Shown: positions 12,428 through 26,194 of the stretch, piece by piece
Layout: the number at the start of each line of letters is the position of its first letter
Position numbering within the stretch: the first letter of the stretch is position 1
Source of the DNA: Octopus vulgaris
Lineage: Eukaryota
Assembly: GCA_951406725.2 (NCBI GenBank)
Contig: OX597820.1
Coordinates: 101,928,001 to 101,992,000, forward strand
Length of the DNA stretch: 64,000 bases
Reading direction: 5' to 3'
The notes under the pieces: generated by a model
Database searches by the model: none
Seen by the model: only the letters and a program-made list of their open reading frames with translations
Told to the model about the DNA's origin: nothing
Position numbers and translations under genes: made by a program

Positions 12428-12741
12428 CACGCAGACACCGGCACACACAGACACATATATATCTCAATTAATGTATGTACTTTTCTTGTTCACCGAGAGG
12501 CTGCAGCTTGGCACAGTGAATGTGGCTTTCTCAGAGTGCTCGGTGTTAAAACACCTGAAAATCATAGACAGGCAAGACAACTCACTATGTCCCATTTAGG
12601 AGTGATGGCCATCAATGTTTCGTCATTTTTGTGGCTTATGACTATCATGTGCCTGAACTGAATTGGAAGCAAACTGAATTGCTTGTCTATGGCTAATATA
12701 CAAATACTGTCAAACTCATTTACTAACAGGCCATGAAGATG

Positions 12742-12930
12742 CATCATCAATCATCATTTAACGTCCGTTTTCCATGCTAGCATGGGTTGGACGGTACGAC
12801 CAGGGTCAGGGAAGCCAGGAGACTGCACCAGGCCCCCAGTCTGATCTGGCAGTGTTTCTACAGCTGGATGCCCTTCCTAACGCCAACCACTCCATGAGTG
12901 TAGTAGGTGCTTTTTATGTGCTACGGCACA
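12742..12930 (-). mobile_element. RTE-related 3'-end repeat (family C) with (GAT)n tail
   Basis: catcatc..aacgtccgttttccatgctagc..ctggatgcccttcctaacgccaacc. Confidence 0.8.
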
Positions 12931-13106
12931 TATACCAACACTACCCCTGAATGAGATGCCAGTTCATCGCAGGGTTACCCATTTATAGTCCAGTGAACTG
13001 GAGCAATGTGAAATGAAGTATTTTGCTCAAGAAGATAATGCACTACCGATCTAGGAATTGAAACCACGATCTTGCAATTATGAGTGCAACATCCTAACCA
13101 TTAGGC

Positions 13107-13457
13107 CAGTCATTCTCAATTGGAGTCCATATGGCTCCTGAGGGTCCTTATAAGATTTTTGGGGTCCACGCAGCAAAATAGTAAATTGAGCATCCATAAT
13201 AGCATTTTAAGCATCCCTGGAAAAAATTTTGCTTTAGATGTATGTATTGCTATGTATTGCAAGAAACAGCTAGTTTTCTTTCTCTTAACGTTTTACAAGA
13301 TTCAACTTACACAAATTAAAGTGTGAAAAACAAGATACAAATTTTGAAAGAAGGATCTATAAAATTAGTTTCTAAACATCAAATGGCTATGGGGGTCCCC
13401 AAGAATAAAATAGTATTCAAAGGGGTCCATAGATAAAAAATGGTTCAGAGCCCCCTG
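13107..13457. mobile_element. non-autonomous hAT (Charlie-like) element
   Basis: Termini CAGTCATTCTCAA / TTCAGAGCCCCCTG; 8-bp TSD CATTAGGC/CACTAGGC; inserted in a SINE head. Confidence 0.8.
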
Positions 13458-13534
13458 CACTAGGCCATGTGCCTTCATAAACACACATATGCATACACAA
13501 TTTAGAAATGAATATAGATGTGTAAATTATTTAC

Positions 13535-13628
13535 CTTTGAACGATGGATGTCGCCATCATCAGTTTCTCCAACACCAAGAAGTTTTCTGGATTTTAAGCG
13601 ACTGTGTAAATCACCACTACTGTGCTTC
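13535..13628 (-). CDS. TP53I11: TP53I11 homologue, second coding exon ([31 protein letters not shown])
   Basis: 94-nt exon with acceptor ttttctttttcttttgttAG and donor GTAAAT. Translation closely matches human TP53I11 [32 protein letters not shown] (recalled from memory). Confidence 0.92.
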
Positions 13629-13829
13629 CTAACAAAAGAAAAAGAAAATAATTAGAAATAAATAATTTGTTATTTAGTTTTAAAAATAAGCAACAAACAG
13701 AAAACTTACTTTAACAAGTTTTATAAGTTGAATAAAAGAAAATATGGTTGTGTTTAACTGGAATATTAAAACACATTAGATAACATAGTCCTTCATGCTT
13801 TCTGCATATAAAATGCATTTGATCAGATA

Positions 13830-14160
13830 ACCACTGTTGAATCTAGGTCTACCTAGAGATAAACACACAGGACTGCTCAATCTAGGCTGGTCTGGGATAA
13901 TCCAGACAAGACTACTACTCAATTTAAGCTGATATCAGATTATCTAGATAAGACTACTAGGCTAACCTGAGGATAAACCAACATGATTGCTTAAACTAGA
14001 CTGGGTAAAGGATAAACACATGACTGTTCAATCTAGGGTCACCCACAGATATACATACAGGACTGCTCTATCTAGGATGAGCTGGGGACAGACACAGTCT
14101 AGACTGAGCTGAAGATAAATGCCTAACACTGGTCAATCTAAGCTACCCTGGGATGAAAGA
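13830..14160. repeat. degenerate ~38-40-bp tandem array (~8 units)
   Basis: Recurring gactgctcAATCTAGG..(g)GATAAACAC units. Confidence 0.7.
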
Positions 14161-14275
14161 AACAACAACATTTACTTCCCATAATTTTTCATGCATGCTT
14201 TTATTTATTTGGTCTGCAGCTATAACGGGGTTAATGTCTTGATGGGCTTTAGTCATTCATGTCAACCCAGTACTT

Positions 14276-14354
14276 CTGGTATTGTTACAATATGAAACAA
14301 ACACACACATTTGCCTGGTATTGTTACAATATGAAACAAACGCACACATTTGCC
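14276..14354. repeat. 39-bp tandem duplication
   Basis: ctggtattgttacaatatgaaacaaacacacacatttgc x2, 1 mismatch. Confidence 0.9.
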
Positions 14355-14866
14355 AATATGAAGACAGGCACACAGACAAACACACACACGCTAAATAATA
14401 GCTTCAATTTCCTGAAAAACTCATTGGAAAGTTACTATGACAGTAGTCTAAATATTTTAACAACACTTCAGGTCTCAATAAACTACTTCACTGCATCTCT
14501 TGTTCTGCATCATATAATCTTCACCATAATCCATCAGGTACATAAATCATGGACAGACTCCTTTTGCTAGAGCTAAATTACTTTAGTTGATTACATTTCT
14601 GTAGTTCCGAGTTATTAAATTGGCAAAGGTTGAGTAAACTATATTGGATATTAGACCAGTAAAATATATTGGATACATCTCACTATATTACACGTAAGAC
14701 CGGTAAAGACTTAGATCAAATTATTAGCCTTGGTTTCCAAGTATTTTTTGTTTTCCTTTGTTCTATATTTTGCTTGAAATATTTATTGATTAGGAGAGTG
14801 TGATGCTTTATGGTTATACCACTCCACTACCTCTCAATAAAACTTAATAACAACAACAATAAAGAT

Positions 14867-14909
<43 letters not shown>

Positions 14910-15952
14910 ACAGCAACAAATGTATTTAATATGAAATTTTCTCCAGTAATATGCATGGAGCTTAATTTGAAAACATCTGTTTAATGTCTATTTTTCTGTT
15001 TGCAGGAGTCAAATAGGATTTACTGAAACAGGATGTTTGGTGGCTGGATGTTCCTTCTGTCACCAACTCCCACCTGTTTTCAAGCATGGTAACATTTATA
15101 CATGAGTGGGCATGTTTTAACAGCAGACTAGAAGCAACAGACTGTAAGACAGTGACATTCTTTGTTCTGACATCCTCCAATATGTGACACAAACACGTAT
15201 ATACACAAACACACACACATGTATATCCACATATGTACATATACAACAAGCTCCTCTCAGTTTCTGTCCACCAAATTCACTCACAAGACTTTGGTCAGCC
15301 TAGGGAAATAGTAAAAAATACTTGCTCAATGTGCCACACAGAGGGATTGAACCCAGAACTAAGTGATTGGGAAGCAAACTTCAAAGCCATGCAGTAGCTG
15401 TATAGAAATGGCAGGCACAGTCAACCCAACAGGATTAGATCTCTAAATGTAAAAACCTGAAACTAAAACCAACATAGGACTGCTCATGCTGCGTTGATTG
15501 TGGGATACACAACAGTTAAACACAAGGTATTTTAATCTAGGATCAACGATGTTGGTGATGGTTTCTTCTGACAATGGATAAAACCAAATTTTTGAAGGAA
15601 AGTAACAGGTGACTGGTTAAACATACATCTTAAGATGCAATACTTGATGGTATCAGAACAAAATCTCCCGAGTACAAATTTTAAACAAAAATATCAATGA
15701 ATAAATATTTTAGATTTTTTTATAAAATTTCACTTTCCTAAAATTCTTATTGTAAAGAAAGGACAATATCCCGGGGTATATTGGCTGCCAGGGGATTTTG
15801 TCCTAGTACCTACTTGGACACATTATCATTGTTGTTTGCTGGATTCATTACCCTCGACCAGGTGGCCTGACTTAGGTTGATCAAACAAGGCCCTTATCCA
15901 TGCAACATTCTACTGACCCCGTTGAACACCTTTCAGCCAGAGCCATCCAGAC

Positions 15953-16587
15953 CAGTGATTTTCAACTGAGGTTCGTATGACCCTTGGGTGCCTATATAAA
16001 TTTTTTTTTTTTTCAATATTTGTGGAAAAAATTGCTTATACTTCATTACACCAAATATTTTCTCTTTCTCTTTTACTTGTTTCAGTCATTTGACTGCGGC
16101 CGAGCTGGAGCACCGCCTTTAATCGAGCAACTCGACCCCGGGACTTATTCTTTGTAAGCCCAGTACTTATTCTATCGGTCTCTTTTGCTAAGTGACAGGG
16201 ACATAAACACACCAGCATCGGTTGTCAAGCAATGCTAAGGGGACAAACACAGACACACAAACACATACATATATATATACGACGGGCTTCTTTCAGTTTC
16301 CGTCTACCAAATCCACTCACAAGGCTTTGGTCGGCCCGAGGCTACAGTAGAAGACACTTGCCCAAGGTGCCATGCAGTGAGACTGAACCCGGAACCATGT
16401 GGTTGGTAAACAAGCTACTTACCACACAGTCACTCCTGCGCCTAGACTTTTTAAAATTCAATTCCTAATAATATTTAATTCTAAAAATATGAAGGGATTT
16501 TTTTAAACATCAAATAGCTATGGGGGTCCACCCAAATAAAATAGGAATCAAAGGAGTCCATAGGTAGAAAATGGTTGAGAAACACTG
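15953..16587. mobile_element. same hAT family, with nested SINE
   Basis: CAGTGATTTTCAAC...GTTGAGAAACACTG; internal sequence shared with 13107-13457. Confidence 0.75.
16063..16443 (-). mobile_element. SINE family A nested in a hAT element
   Basis: Young copy close to consensus. Confidence 0.9.
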
Positions 16588-17269
16588 ATCTTGATGTTTT
16601 CTCAGCAGTTTCTGCATTGTTATTGATGGCTCTTTTTCTGTTCATTCCTGTAATGCCCAGGGTTGCATAAACCTTACTCACTGTATGACCTGCAAACCCC
16701 TGACTGCCAAACTCCATAATTCTCTTCTTCACTTGCACCTCCTCTATCCTCTCCTCCCTAATATCCTCTTCTATTCTCACCTCCCTTAACCCTCTAACAG
16801 CCAGATTATTCTATCAAATGTAATACTTGCTAATTCATATTGTTTTGAATTAAGCATGCATTATCTTGTAGCTTTGATATTTCACTGATGTGATTGCATA
16901 CTTTTAGGTGTAAAGGCCAGGTAAAAAGTTTTGTGCTGGATATGGCCAGTTTAAATGCTAAAGGGTTAATATACTGCTAGCACAGATTTTTATCAACAAA
17001 TGATGGAAATCAAATATGACTCTATAGATTCTTTTCTTTTTTTCCTTCTTTTTACTTACAGAGCTATTCAGAAAAAATCAAAATATTGTTGCACATGGCC
17101 AACAATTTTCAAGGGAGGGAGTAAGTTGATTACATTGACTCTAGTGCTTATTTTATCAACTGGTACTTATTTTATCGACCCTGAAAGGATGAAAGGCAAA
17201 CTCAACCATGGTGGAATTTGAACTTAGAACATAAGGACAGATGAATGCCTCTAAGCATTTTGCCTACAT

Positions 17270-17626
17270 AAGAGAACCATCTGTACGTGGCCGTAGCCAG
17301 CACCACATCAACTGGCCTCCGTGCTGGTGGAAGGTAACAAACACCATCCGATCGTGGCCATGCCAGCCTCGCCTGGCTTCCGTGCCGGTGGCACGTAAAA
17401 AACACCATCTGAGCGTGGCCGTTCGCCAGCCTCGTCTGGCACCTGTGTCGGTGGCACATAAAAAGCACCCACTACACTCACGGAGTGGTTGGCGTTGGGA
17501 AGGGCATCCAGCTGTAGAAACACCGCCAGATCTGACTGGCCTGGTGCAGCCTTCAGGCTTCCCAGACCCCAGTTGAACCGTCCAACCCATGCTAGCATGG
17601 AAAGCAGACGTTAAACGATGATGATG
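17270..17626 (+). mobile_element. family C (RTE 3'UTR-derived) with internal ggtggcacgtaaaaagcacc repeats
   Basis: Ends cgttaaacgatgatgatg; three internal repeat units. Confidence 0.8.
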
Positions 17627-17829
17627 CTAATGATTTTGTCAACTTGCCGCTTTAGAACAAATAAAAATATTAAAAAGAAATATTTGTGCATTAAACCTCA
17701 AAAATAGAAACAATTAAAGCCACAGAAAGTTATTAAGTAATTCCTTATTTACTCAATAAATGAAACAATTACCAAATCTATATACAGTTTGTCGTTTTCA
17801 ATATTTTAAAAATATTATTTTAATTTATC

Positions 17830-17927
17830 CATGATGAACCTAGTTACATTTCATGATGCACCGAGCGACATTTCATGGTGCACCTAGTGACATTTCATGG
17901 TGCACCTAGCGACATTTCATGGTGCAT
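17830..17927. repeat. 22-bp minisatellite (~4.5 units)
   Basis: gacatttcatggtgcacctag(c/t) repeated. Confidence 0.9.
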
Positions 17928-18665
17928 CGTTTGGGAATATGTGGTGTGATGAAACTAAAAATTCTACCATTTCTATCAAACTACAATGCATTAAGAACAA
18001 TAACAACAACACTATAGTACTATCTGACTAATATATTTCTACATATATTTTCTTTCGGTTGCATTTGAAGTTAGGGAAGCCTTGTTGCAATTCAACAAAA
18101 ATTTCAACATTCCAATCCACTATGTAAGCAGTGTTGTGGAAGAAGAACTTTAGAAGTGTTTATAAAAGTAGGGCTATGCTTAATGTAGACTACACTCCTA
18201 CATTTCCGTTGCATAATTACAAGAAATATTTAACCTAATATTTACCGAATTAAAAAAAAATGTTTCCTCTACGTGTGTTGGTTTTTATGTCAATGTATTT
18301 TCACAAATTACTACTACAACTAAGTACATTTGAGACAGTCTGTATTGTGGCAGTGTGGTAAGAAGCTTGCTTCCCAACCACACATTCAAGTTTAATCCTA
18401 TTGCATGGCACCTTGAGTAAGTGTCTTCTATTAAAGCCCTGGGCTGACTAAATCCTTCTGAGTGGATTTGGTAGGCAAAAAATGAAAGAACTGTTGTGTG
18501 TGTCTGTGTGTGTATATATATATATATCATTACAGATCTAGGGTAAAGAATTATAAATTGATAAATTTTACCAAGTAGTTTTGGTATGGAAAAGAATCAT
18601 ATTCGGTAAAAACTTATATTAAAAAGTTTTTTTTTATATATACCCTTAATTATTGTTATAATTAT

Positions 18666-18744
<79 letters not shown>

Positions 18745-18748
<4 letters not shown>

Positions 18749-19080
18749 TAAAAACAGTAAGATAACAAAAGAAAGAAAGAGACCTCAATATTATGTAAAT
18801 AGAGGAAATTTATCTGTAAATTAATATGTGACAATTATACAATAGCCAAGATAAAACTCTGAGTTTCGGATGCCGAAGTGGAAATCCACAACACCATCTC
18901 TTCGGTTATCTGGCAACCTGAAAAACGCCTTTTTGATCTTTTGAAGTGGACCTACTGAAGCTTATGAACAATTTTGAAGTGGACCTATAACCGAAGAGAT
19001 GGTGTTGTGGATTTCCACTTCGGCATCCAAAACTCAGAGTTTTATCATGGCTATTGTATAATTGTCACATATTAATTTAC

Positions 19081-19085
<5 letters not shown>
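18745..19085. mobile_element. fold-back Penelope-like remnant between (TA)n runs, arms ~18810-18909 / 18987-19085, with hammerhead-like motif
   Basis: ~100-bp inverted arms with few mismatches. Motif ATAA CCGAAGA GATG..CATC C GAAA CTCAGAG TT TTAT. Internal 16-bp direct repeat ttttgaagtggaccta. Confidence 0.7.
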
Positions 19086-19112
<27 letters not shown>

Positions 19113-19115
<3 letters not shown>

Positions 19116-19518
19116 CACAGGTGCGGCTGTGTGGTAAGAAGCTTGCTTTCCTATCATATGGTTCAGTCCCACTGCATGGCACCTTGAGTGAGTGTCTTCT
19201 ACTATAGCCTCAGGCCAATCAAAACCTTGTGAGTGGATTTGAAAGGTAAAAACTGAAAGAAGCCATTTGTCTATCTGTGTTTATTTGGATGTATGTATTT
19301 ATTTTAACTGTGTGTGTCTTTGTGTCTGCCCCTATCACCCCTTGACAACTGGTGTTGGTGTGTTTACACCCCCATAACTTAGCAGTTCGGCAAAATATAC
19401 TGATAGAATAAATACTAAGCTTAAAAAAAAAAGTCCTGGGATCAATTTGTTTGACTAAAATTCTTCAAGGCAATGCTCCAGCATGGCCACAGTCAAATGA
19501 CTGAAACAAGTAAAAGAA
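19113..19518 (+). mobile_element. SINE family A
   Basis: Colinear with consensus; a second 3' half follows at ~19560-19775. Confidence 0.85.
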
Positions 19519-20221
19519 TTTTAAAAAAGTATATGTGTGTGTGTGCATGCATGCATATTCTGTGTGTGTGTGTGTGTGTTTGAGTTTGTGCCCCACGACT
19601 GCTTGACAGCAAGCATTGGTTTGTTTAGATCCCCGTAACATAACAGCTCAGCAAAAAAGACCAAAAGAATTAAAGCTTAACAAAAAGTACTGGGTTGATT
19701 TACTTGACTAAACCCTTCAAGGCAGTGCCCCAGCATGGCCGTAGCCTAGTGACTGTAATAAATAAAAGATAAAAAGAGATACATATGAATATATTTCTTA
19801 TTGTATTCGACTTCTCATGTAATTAATTTCAATGTTCACACCATCAATTGCTTGCCCTTCAGAGGAAATACTAAAAGAGGTGTGCCACACACTTAACTGG
19901 AAAGTGTGTATTACAGAGCCAGGGCAGTCTCAGATAGGTTGGTATCAACAGGGCTAATCGTCATTATCACTTTAAACATACTTTTCCATGCTTGCACAAG
20001 TCAAATGAGACTTGTTGAAGCAGATTTTCTACAGCTGGATGCCCTTCCTGTAGCCAACCCTTGTAGAATAATATTTTCTCATGGTTAGACGTTTTTCATT
20101 CAGCTGTAAAAACCCTGCCAAAACAAACTCAGTAGCATAGGGTAGTTTTTCTACCTGGCCAGCTACTACGAACTGTCCTACCCATGCATGCATGGAAGAT
20201 GGATGTTAAACGATGATGATG

Positions 20222-20303
20222 TTCGTTAACTGAACTCTTCAAGACAAAAATTAAAACCAAAATTATGCTGGTTTTAATTTTTGTCTTGAGTTTGGTTAAC
20301 GAA
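20222..20303. repeat. inverted repeat (~35-bp arms, 9-nt loop)
   Basis: ttcgttaactgaactcttcaagacaaaaattaaaacca versus tggttttaatttttgtcttgagtttggttaacgaa. Confidence 0.8.
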
Positions 20304-20404
20304 TGAAAGCGCTAAAGAGTTATCCAAAATTTTGACTGCCTCCTTTTTCTCAATATACAATATCTGTACAACACTTTAAATACTGTATACACACACGTGC
20401 ATAC

Positions 20405-20857
20405 AGAGGTAAACCTAGAAAGATGTGGGTCGAGGTGGTGAAATACGATCCTCAGTTGTTGAGTCTCACAGAGGCAATGACAAGTGACAAAGACTTTTGG
20501 TTATTTGTTGTGCTTGAGAAGATATGTTAAGGTGCGTGAAAGCATGGTCATGGCCAGTGCTGGAGACACATACGAGGCAACCACGCCAGTGATACTAAAA
20601 GGCAATCGTGCCAGTGACACATAAAAGACAAGCATGCTAGTGACACATAATAGACAACCCAGCCAGTGATGTAAAACAGATGCCCAGCACACTCTGTAAA
20701 GTGATTGGTGTTAGGAAGCACATCCAGCCATAGAAACCAAGCCAAAACGGATGACTGGAGCCTGGTGTAGCTCTTTGGGTTACCAGCTGTGGACAAAATG
20801 TGTAACCCATGCCAACATGGAAAACAAATGTTAAATGATAATGATGATGATGATGAT
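20405..20857 (+). mobile_element. 5'-truncated RTE-type LINE (ORF end + family C 3'UTR)
   Basis: RGKPRKMWVEVVKYD..LSLTEAMTSDKDFW leads directly into family C sequence and a GAT tail. Same arrangement at ~41800-42135. Confidence 0.7.
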
Positions 20858-23800
20858 ACACACATGATGGCTTCTCTCAGTTTCTGTCAACCAAAACCCA
20901 TTCACAAGGATTTGGGTTGGCCTTGGGCTACAGTAGAAGACGCTACTTGAAGGTGGTGTGCAGAGAGACTGAACACAAGACCACACAGTTGGGTAGCAAG
21001 TTTCTTAACCATACAGCCATGTCTGTACCAACTGAATGTGGATGAAATTTCACCCAACCATGAAGAATACACTAATTTGTTGACTCATAACCCCCCCCCC
21101 CCAAAAAAAAAAAAAACCAAAGAAAAACAAGTTGTTAAGAAAGAGATGGAAGTGCTCATTTTCTGAAGTAATATTCTCTCATAATAATTGAAAGGGTTAA
21201 GGTGATTTTGTTTTCACTCCTGCTGTACACAAATCATCAAAGACAACCTTTAATATTGATTGATACTTTGCATTAGTTAAATTCCACTTCTTAATCCTTT
21301 CATGTTGGCAAAGAAACGTAACAGAATGTCAATGATCAAAGCTAGATCTACTTTTGAGCAACTGCCTGCAGTTTAAACGACTCACAGCCAGATAGTAGAT
21401 ATAAAGATTAGTGGGATGTTGCCTGCAGATTCAGAGAGTAGGTTAGTGGGATCTGGAAAATTCAATAATCAAACTGCTTTAGAAAGCAAAGTTTTGTTTA
21501 GTGATGATGATGATGAGGAGGAAGAGGAGAAAAGGAAGGATTTTTTATGATGATGATGATGATAAGATCACTATAATGATAAAGCTAAAGTTATTATTGT
21601 TTAGCCTTTGATCAAGCAGAGATAAATGCAGTGTATTCCAGCTGTGACCATCACAACATTTTTGGAATATGTCAAAAACTACAACATCCCTTGTGTGTTC
21701 ATTCATCATCATCATCATCAGGTTGTTGTTAAGATGATAGTGATTACAACACACAGAAAGAAAAATGTTCCAGTTACAGTACAACCATATATATATACAC
21801 CTACATCAAAGCACAACTCTTTAACTGAAGACAGGGTCCAAGTGAATGAAAATATCATAGGCTAGCTTAATATTTCAGGATTAAGAGTACATTGATGATA
21901 ATGCTGATGAGAAGGTTTTATCTAATACGACAGAAGTTAAGTAGATAATTGGATAACTGAGATCAAAGTTTGGGAACTATCATTTTCACCAATGTCTGTC
22001 TTTTCATACGGGCATGGACTGAACACATCTGTCACACAATATTTTGCTAGACATCATAGTAATATCTTTGCTAGATATCATGAACCCCAGCATCCTGAGA
22101 TTACATATTATTACTGTCAATGGTCTGCTAACTCATTACCTTGACACATTGGAGGATAATAAATAAAGTATAAGTCATGCTATCTGTTCATAGGTTTGGA
22201 TGCTTTTTAGTCCACAGGCTTACCTGATCATGGCTAAACTGAGGCTGTATAAGCACAATAAGCTTATAGCAAAGTGAAATGACTACACACACACACACAC
22301 ACACATCATATATACGTGCACACATATTAAAACCAATGAGATTATGTCGAAGTCAAAATTAGACTAATGTGTTCTAATTATATTTGTTAGAGATAAAAAA
22401 AAGAAACACAACTATAGGAATGCTAATGCTTTAATATTGCCTTCTTGAATTCCAGACAAATGGAATAACAAAAATTAACAGTAATTTTTTATTGTATTTT
22501 ATTGTTATCATTTTTTTTATTTGGTGCCATTTTTTCATAACAATATGGTTTGTTTGTAGATTTATTATCGTTGTAAAGCACAAGCATGGATGCAAATTGA
22601 AACTTTTATTTCCCAACCAAATCTTCATGAGTTCAGTCTGTGTACCACTTTGGACAATTGTCTTCAACTGTCATGCCAGGCTGACTAAAACCTTGTAAGT
22701 AGATTTGGTAAAAGGAAAGCATAAGAAACCCTTTCATATGTACGTGGGTGTATGTATGCATGCTTGTCTCCTTATCTTGACATCGTGTAACAGTTGTAAA
22801 AGAAGCATCACTGTCATACAAGCAGTGTCGATCATTTCAACTCTTTTACGAAAATATATGTCCAGCCATGGGGAAATATTACCTTGCTAGGAAACAAGTG
22901 AAGGTTGGTGACAGGAAGGGCATCTGGCCATAGAAAACCTAACTGAATGAATTCCATCTCACCAAACCAAGCATGATGATGATAAGATGACAACATTGCT
23001 AAGTGTTGTCATTGATATTGTTAAGTAACTTCAGTTAGGTTTAGTTAAATAAGCCTATAGGTAAGAACAAGCTGTTTGAAAAAGATCTCTACTTTTATCC
23101 TAGCTGTAGGTACCTTGTCCTTTATTTCTGAGGTATGATACTTAAATACAACATGGTCTTTGAAGAATATTTGCAGAGAGGCATTTAGCTGCTTAACCCT
23201 GACATCTGTTGCATTTCATTTTATTGCCATTAATTAAAAGAAAAAAAAATGTACCAAAGACAGAATTTACAATATGCACCATGTTGAACATGCTGAATCT
23301 TAAAGGAATCACTCAACCTGCTAAATATAGCACCCAAAGCTCCTCCAAATCCCACAATATCTTAAAGAAAAAAATGTTGTATTCAGTAATTTAGTCCTAA
23401 ATATATACTGCATCAAAATAAAAAATGTAATGTTTACAAAAGGAATACTGTTGACTAAAATTTTGCTCAATCAGAAGAGACTTGAAGCTACACAGCTATT
23501 CAACATATTCTAATCTGGAGAAACTGCCAGGTTTTAAATAATGGAGATTTTCAAGGAAAAGGTCTGGTGCTAGTGACAAATATCTCTCAGCAAATTCTCT
23601 CTAAATAAAAGAACAACCTGTTAACTCTTTCTTTGCCATGTTGAAATACATTGCCTTTGTTTCATTTAATTCTAAAACCAATGGAGAATATAGTAAAATA
23701 ATTTTGTCATTATTAATCTGGTGTTTGGAACATGCATGTATTAAATTTTGAGGGATGGTTTTATGTCATTTAAAATAAATATTTTGTATTATTGAATCAG

Positions 23801-26194
23801 GAGCAGTCTCAGGGAAGTTGGTATCAAAAGGGCTAAAGTCTTCCAAAACTTAATCATAGTAAAGAAAGAACATTAATGGCTTGGACACTGGTCAGTTAAG
23901 GTCAGTTTGATCCAACATATGTTTACATATACGTTCTCTGATGCCCAGATATTTCAGTTACTTCAAACCATTTAAATAAAAGAGAAGATATCAATTGCAT
24001 AGGCAATCCAGAATCTGAGATGTCTAGACATTGTTTTGGACCATCAGATGACAGGTTGTATTCTCTGAAAGCATTTCACAATGTATTTAGTTAATTCTAC
24101 TTTACCTGCAGAAAACAAGCAAACTTCTATATATCTCATCAATAACAGTTTAAAGAATAAAATTAACTGACATGAAACTGCTCACCAAGCTGTTGGAAAT
24201 GGATTTTGAGAAGATTCTTGTTATCTCAGATAAACTGTCATCTTATCCCAGGGAAGATTTACCCCATGCCAAGACAATAAATATGCAAAATTCTTTGAGT
24301 ATTGAACAGAAGGCCTTACAGTGTTTGTTCCAATTATCTGTGCTCTGGGTTCAAATTCAGCCAAAACTAACTTCGCTTTCCATTTTTGAGAGCTAATAAA
24401 AAATATGGAGTCAGGGTTCTGGATTGATGGAACTGTAAGAATGTTAGAATAGATGCTTTGCAGCATTTGTTCCAACTCTTTGGATTCTGAGTTCAAATAA
24501 AGCTTACCATGGCCTACTAGGGTGGTATATTTCATCCATGGCCTGGTTTAACATGCCTTTAGTGATGTCCACTCTGTTGCAAGCATTCAGGCCAAACCCC
24601 CAGTTTGAGTATAACACCCAATCCCTCTCATTCATCAGTCCTGGAGGCTCTGAAAGAGGTCACAGGATTCCAGATTACAAAGACATCGTAATTCTGGAAT
24701 GGTAGGTAAGAAATGTTCATGTGTTTGGTAAAATTCCTTTTGAGAAGACAACAGCTTAGGAAGCAAAGAATCTGAATTTAGAGGTAGCGTTATATACAAG
24801 AGCACCATTCTACTTGACAGACAATAACCTTTCATGGTTGAAGCAGTAAATAAAACAAACCTTCACTACCAATTAAAAGGAAAAAAAAATAGATACATAA
24901 AAATATACTATGGAAAAAAAAAAACAAGTATCAGCTTTTAAAAACCCTTTTAAGATAAGGAAATATTACAATGTTTCTTTCTGTACATGTGGTCAGATAT
25001 CTCTGCACCAGCTGACCACTTTACACAGCAACAAAATGGTGTTTTAAGAAAAACACAGATAAGCAACAACCACCTAAATTCCAAAATTTATTAAGTTATC
25101 AAAAAAGATTTTTGTTGAAACACTAAAAGCAGAAATGATGACTGTTTAAAAGCGTTAAATGAATGTGCAAAGACACAGATGTATTTTTTCAGCAAAGAAG
25201 CAAAATATCTAATTTAGCAACAGACACAAATACACGAAGGGGAAATTGAAACAATTTTATCGGTGCTCCTATTATATATAGTAGCATAGTATTCTATACC
25301 ATTTGGCATCCTCATATGGATAAATAACATTTTTTCACACATTAAACCATAAACTTTTAACTGCAGAAAACAAACAGACTTCTATATATCTCATCAGCAA
25401 CAGTTTAAAAAATAAAATGTAACCGACATCAAACTATATCTAAGAAAGGTATTCTTTGTTTCTTCAATATAAAACAAGCTATGCGCAATAAAATAAAGAT
25501 GTTCTTGAAAAAAAAAAAGAACTGAACATCAAAAAAAGGCTACCATTGTTTAGTTTAGCCAATCTTGAAGTCTTTTATCAAAAAATTTCTCTACTTAGAA
25601 ACCAGTTACAAAATTGAAGATGTTTATTCATTTAACGAAAGGCTGAATCACTAAAAAGAATATAAATAGAATATATGAAAATGACTTCACCTACTGTAAA
25701 AATCAAAGGTTGACCTTCCCTGTTTAGCAATAAATATTTAAAATCCTACACTTACTATCTATTATATTTTACTTGACTTACAGTGTTTACTGCAATATAG
25801 AATTTCATCAGAGTGGTTACAGTTTTAGCTTTAAGTGCTGTAAATCACACAGCACAAACCAAACCAAAGGAAGTACTTTATGGCATCATAGACTCATCAT
25901 CATCATTAACATTTAATGTCCATCTTCCATTCTGGCATAGGTAAGATGGTTTGACAGGAACTGATAAAGCTAGGCGCCGCACCAGGTTTCACAGTCTGTT
26001 TTAGCTTGGTTACTACAGCTGGATGCCCTTCCTAATATCAGAATGTAGTGCATTATCTATCATATAATGTAACATCACATGGTAACCTCTTACTTACACA
26101 TTGGTAGCATGGTAAACAGTTCGGATATCAAACAACAAACCAAAAGGTTAATTTCTTGTTCCCAGAACAACACAAAATCCATGAAAATGGCATC

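Larger units (their letters stand above)
15810..16722 (-). mobile_element. Hero/NeSL-like (RLE) LINE 3' fragment split by a hAT element
   Basis: MEFGSQGFAGHTVSKVYATLGITGMNRKRAINNNAETAEKTSR, continuing as WLWLK on the other side of the hAT insertion. Confidence 0.7.
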
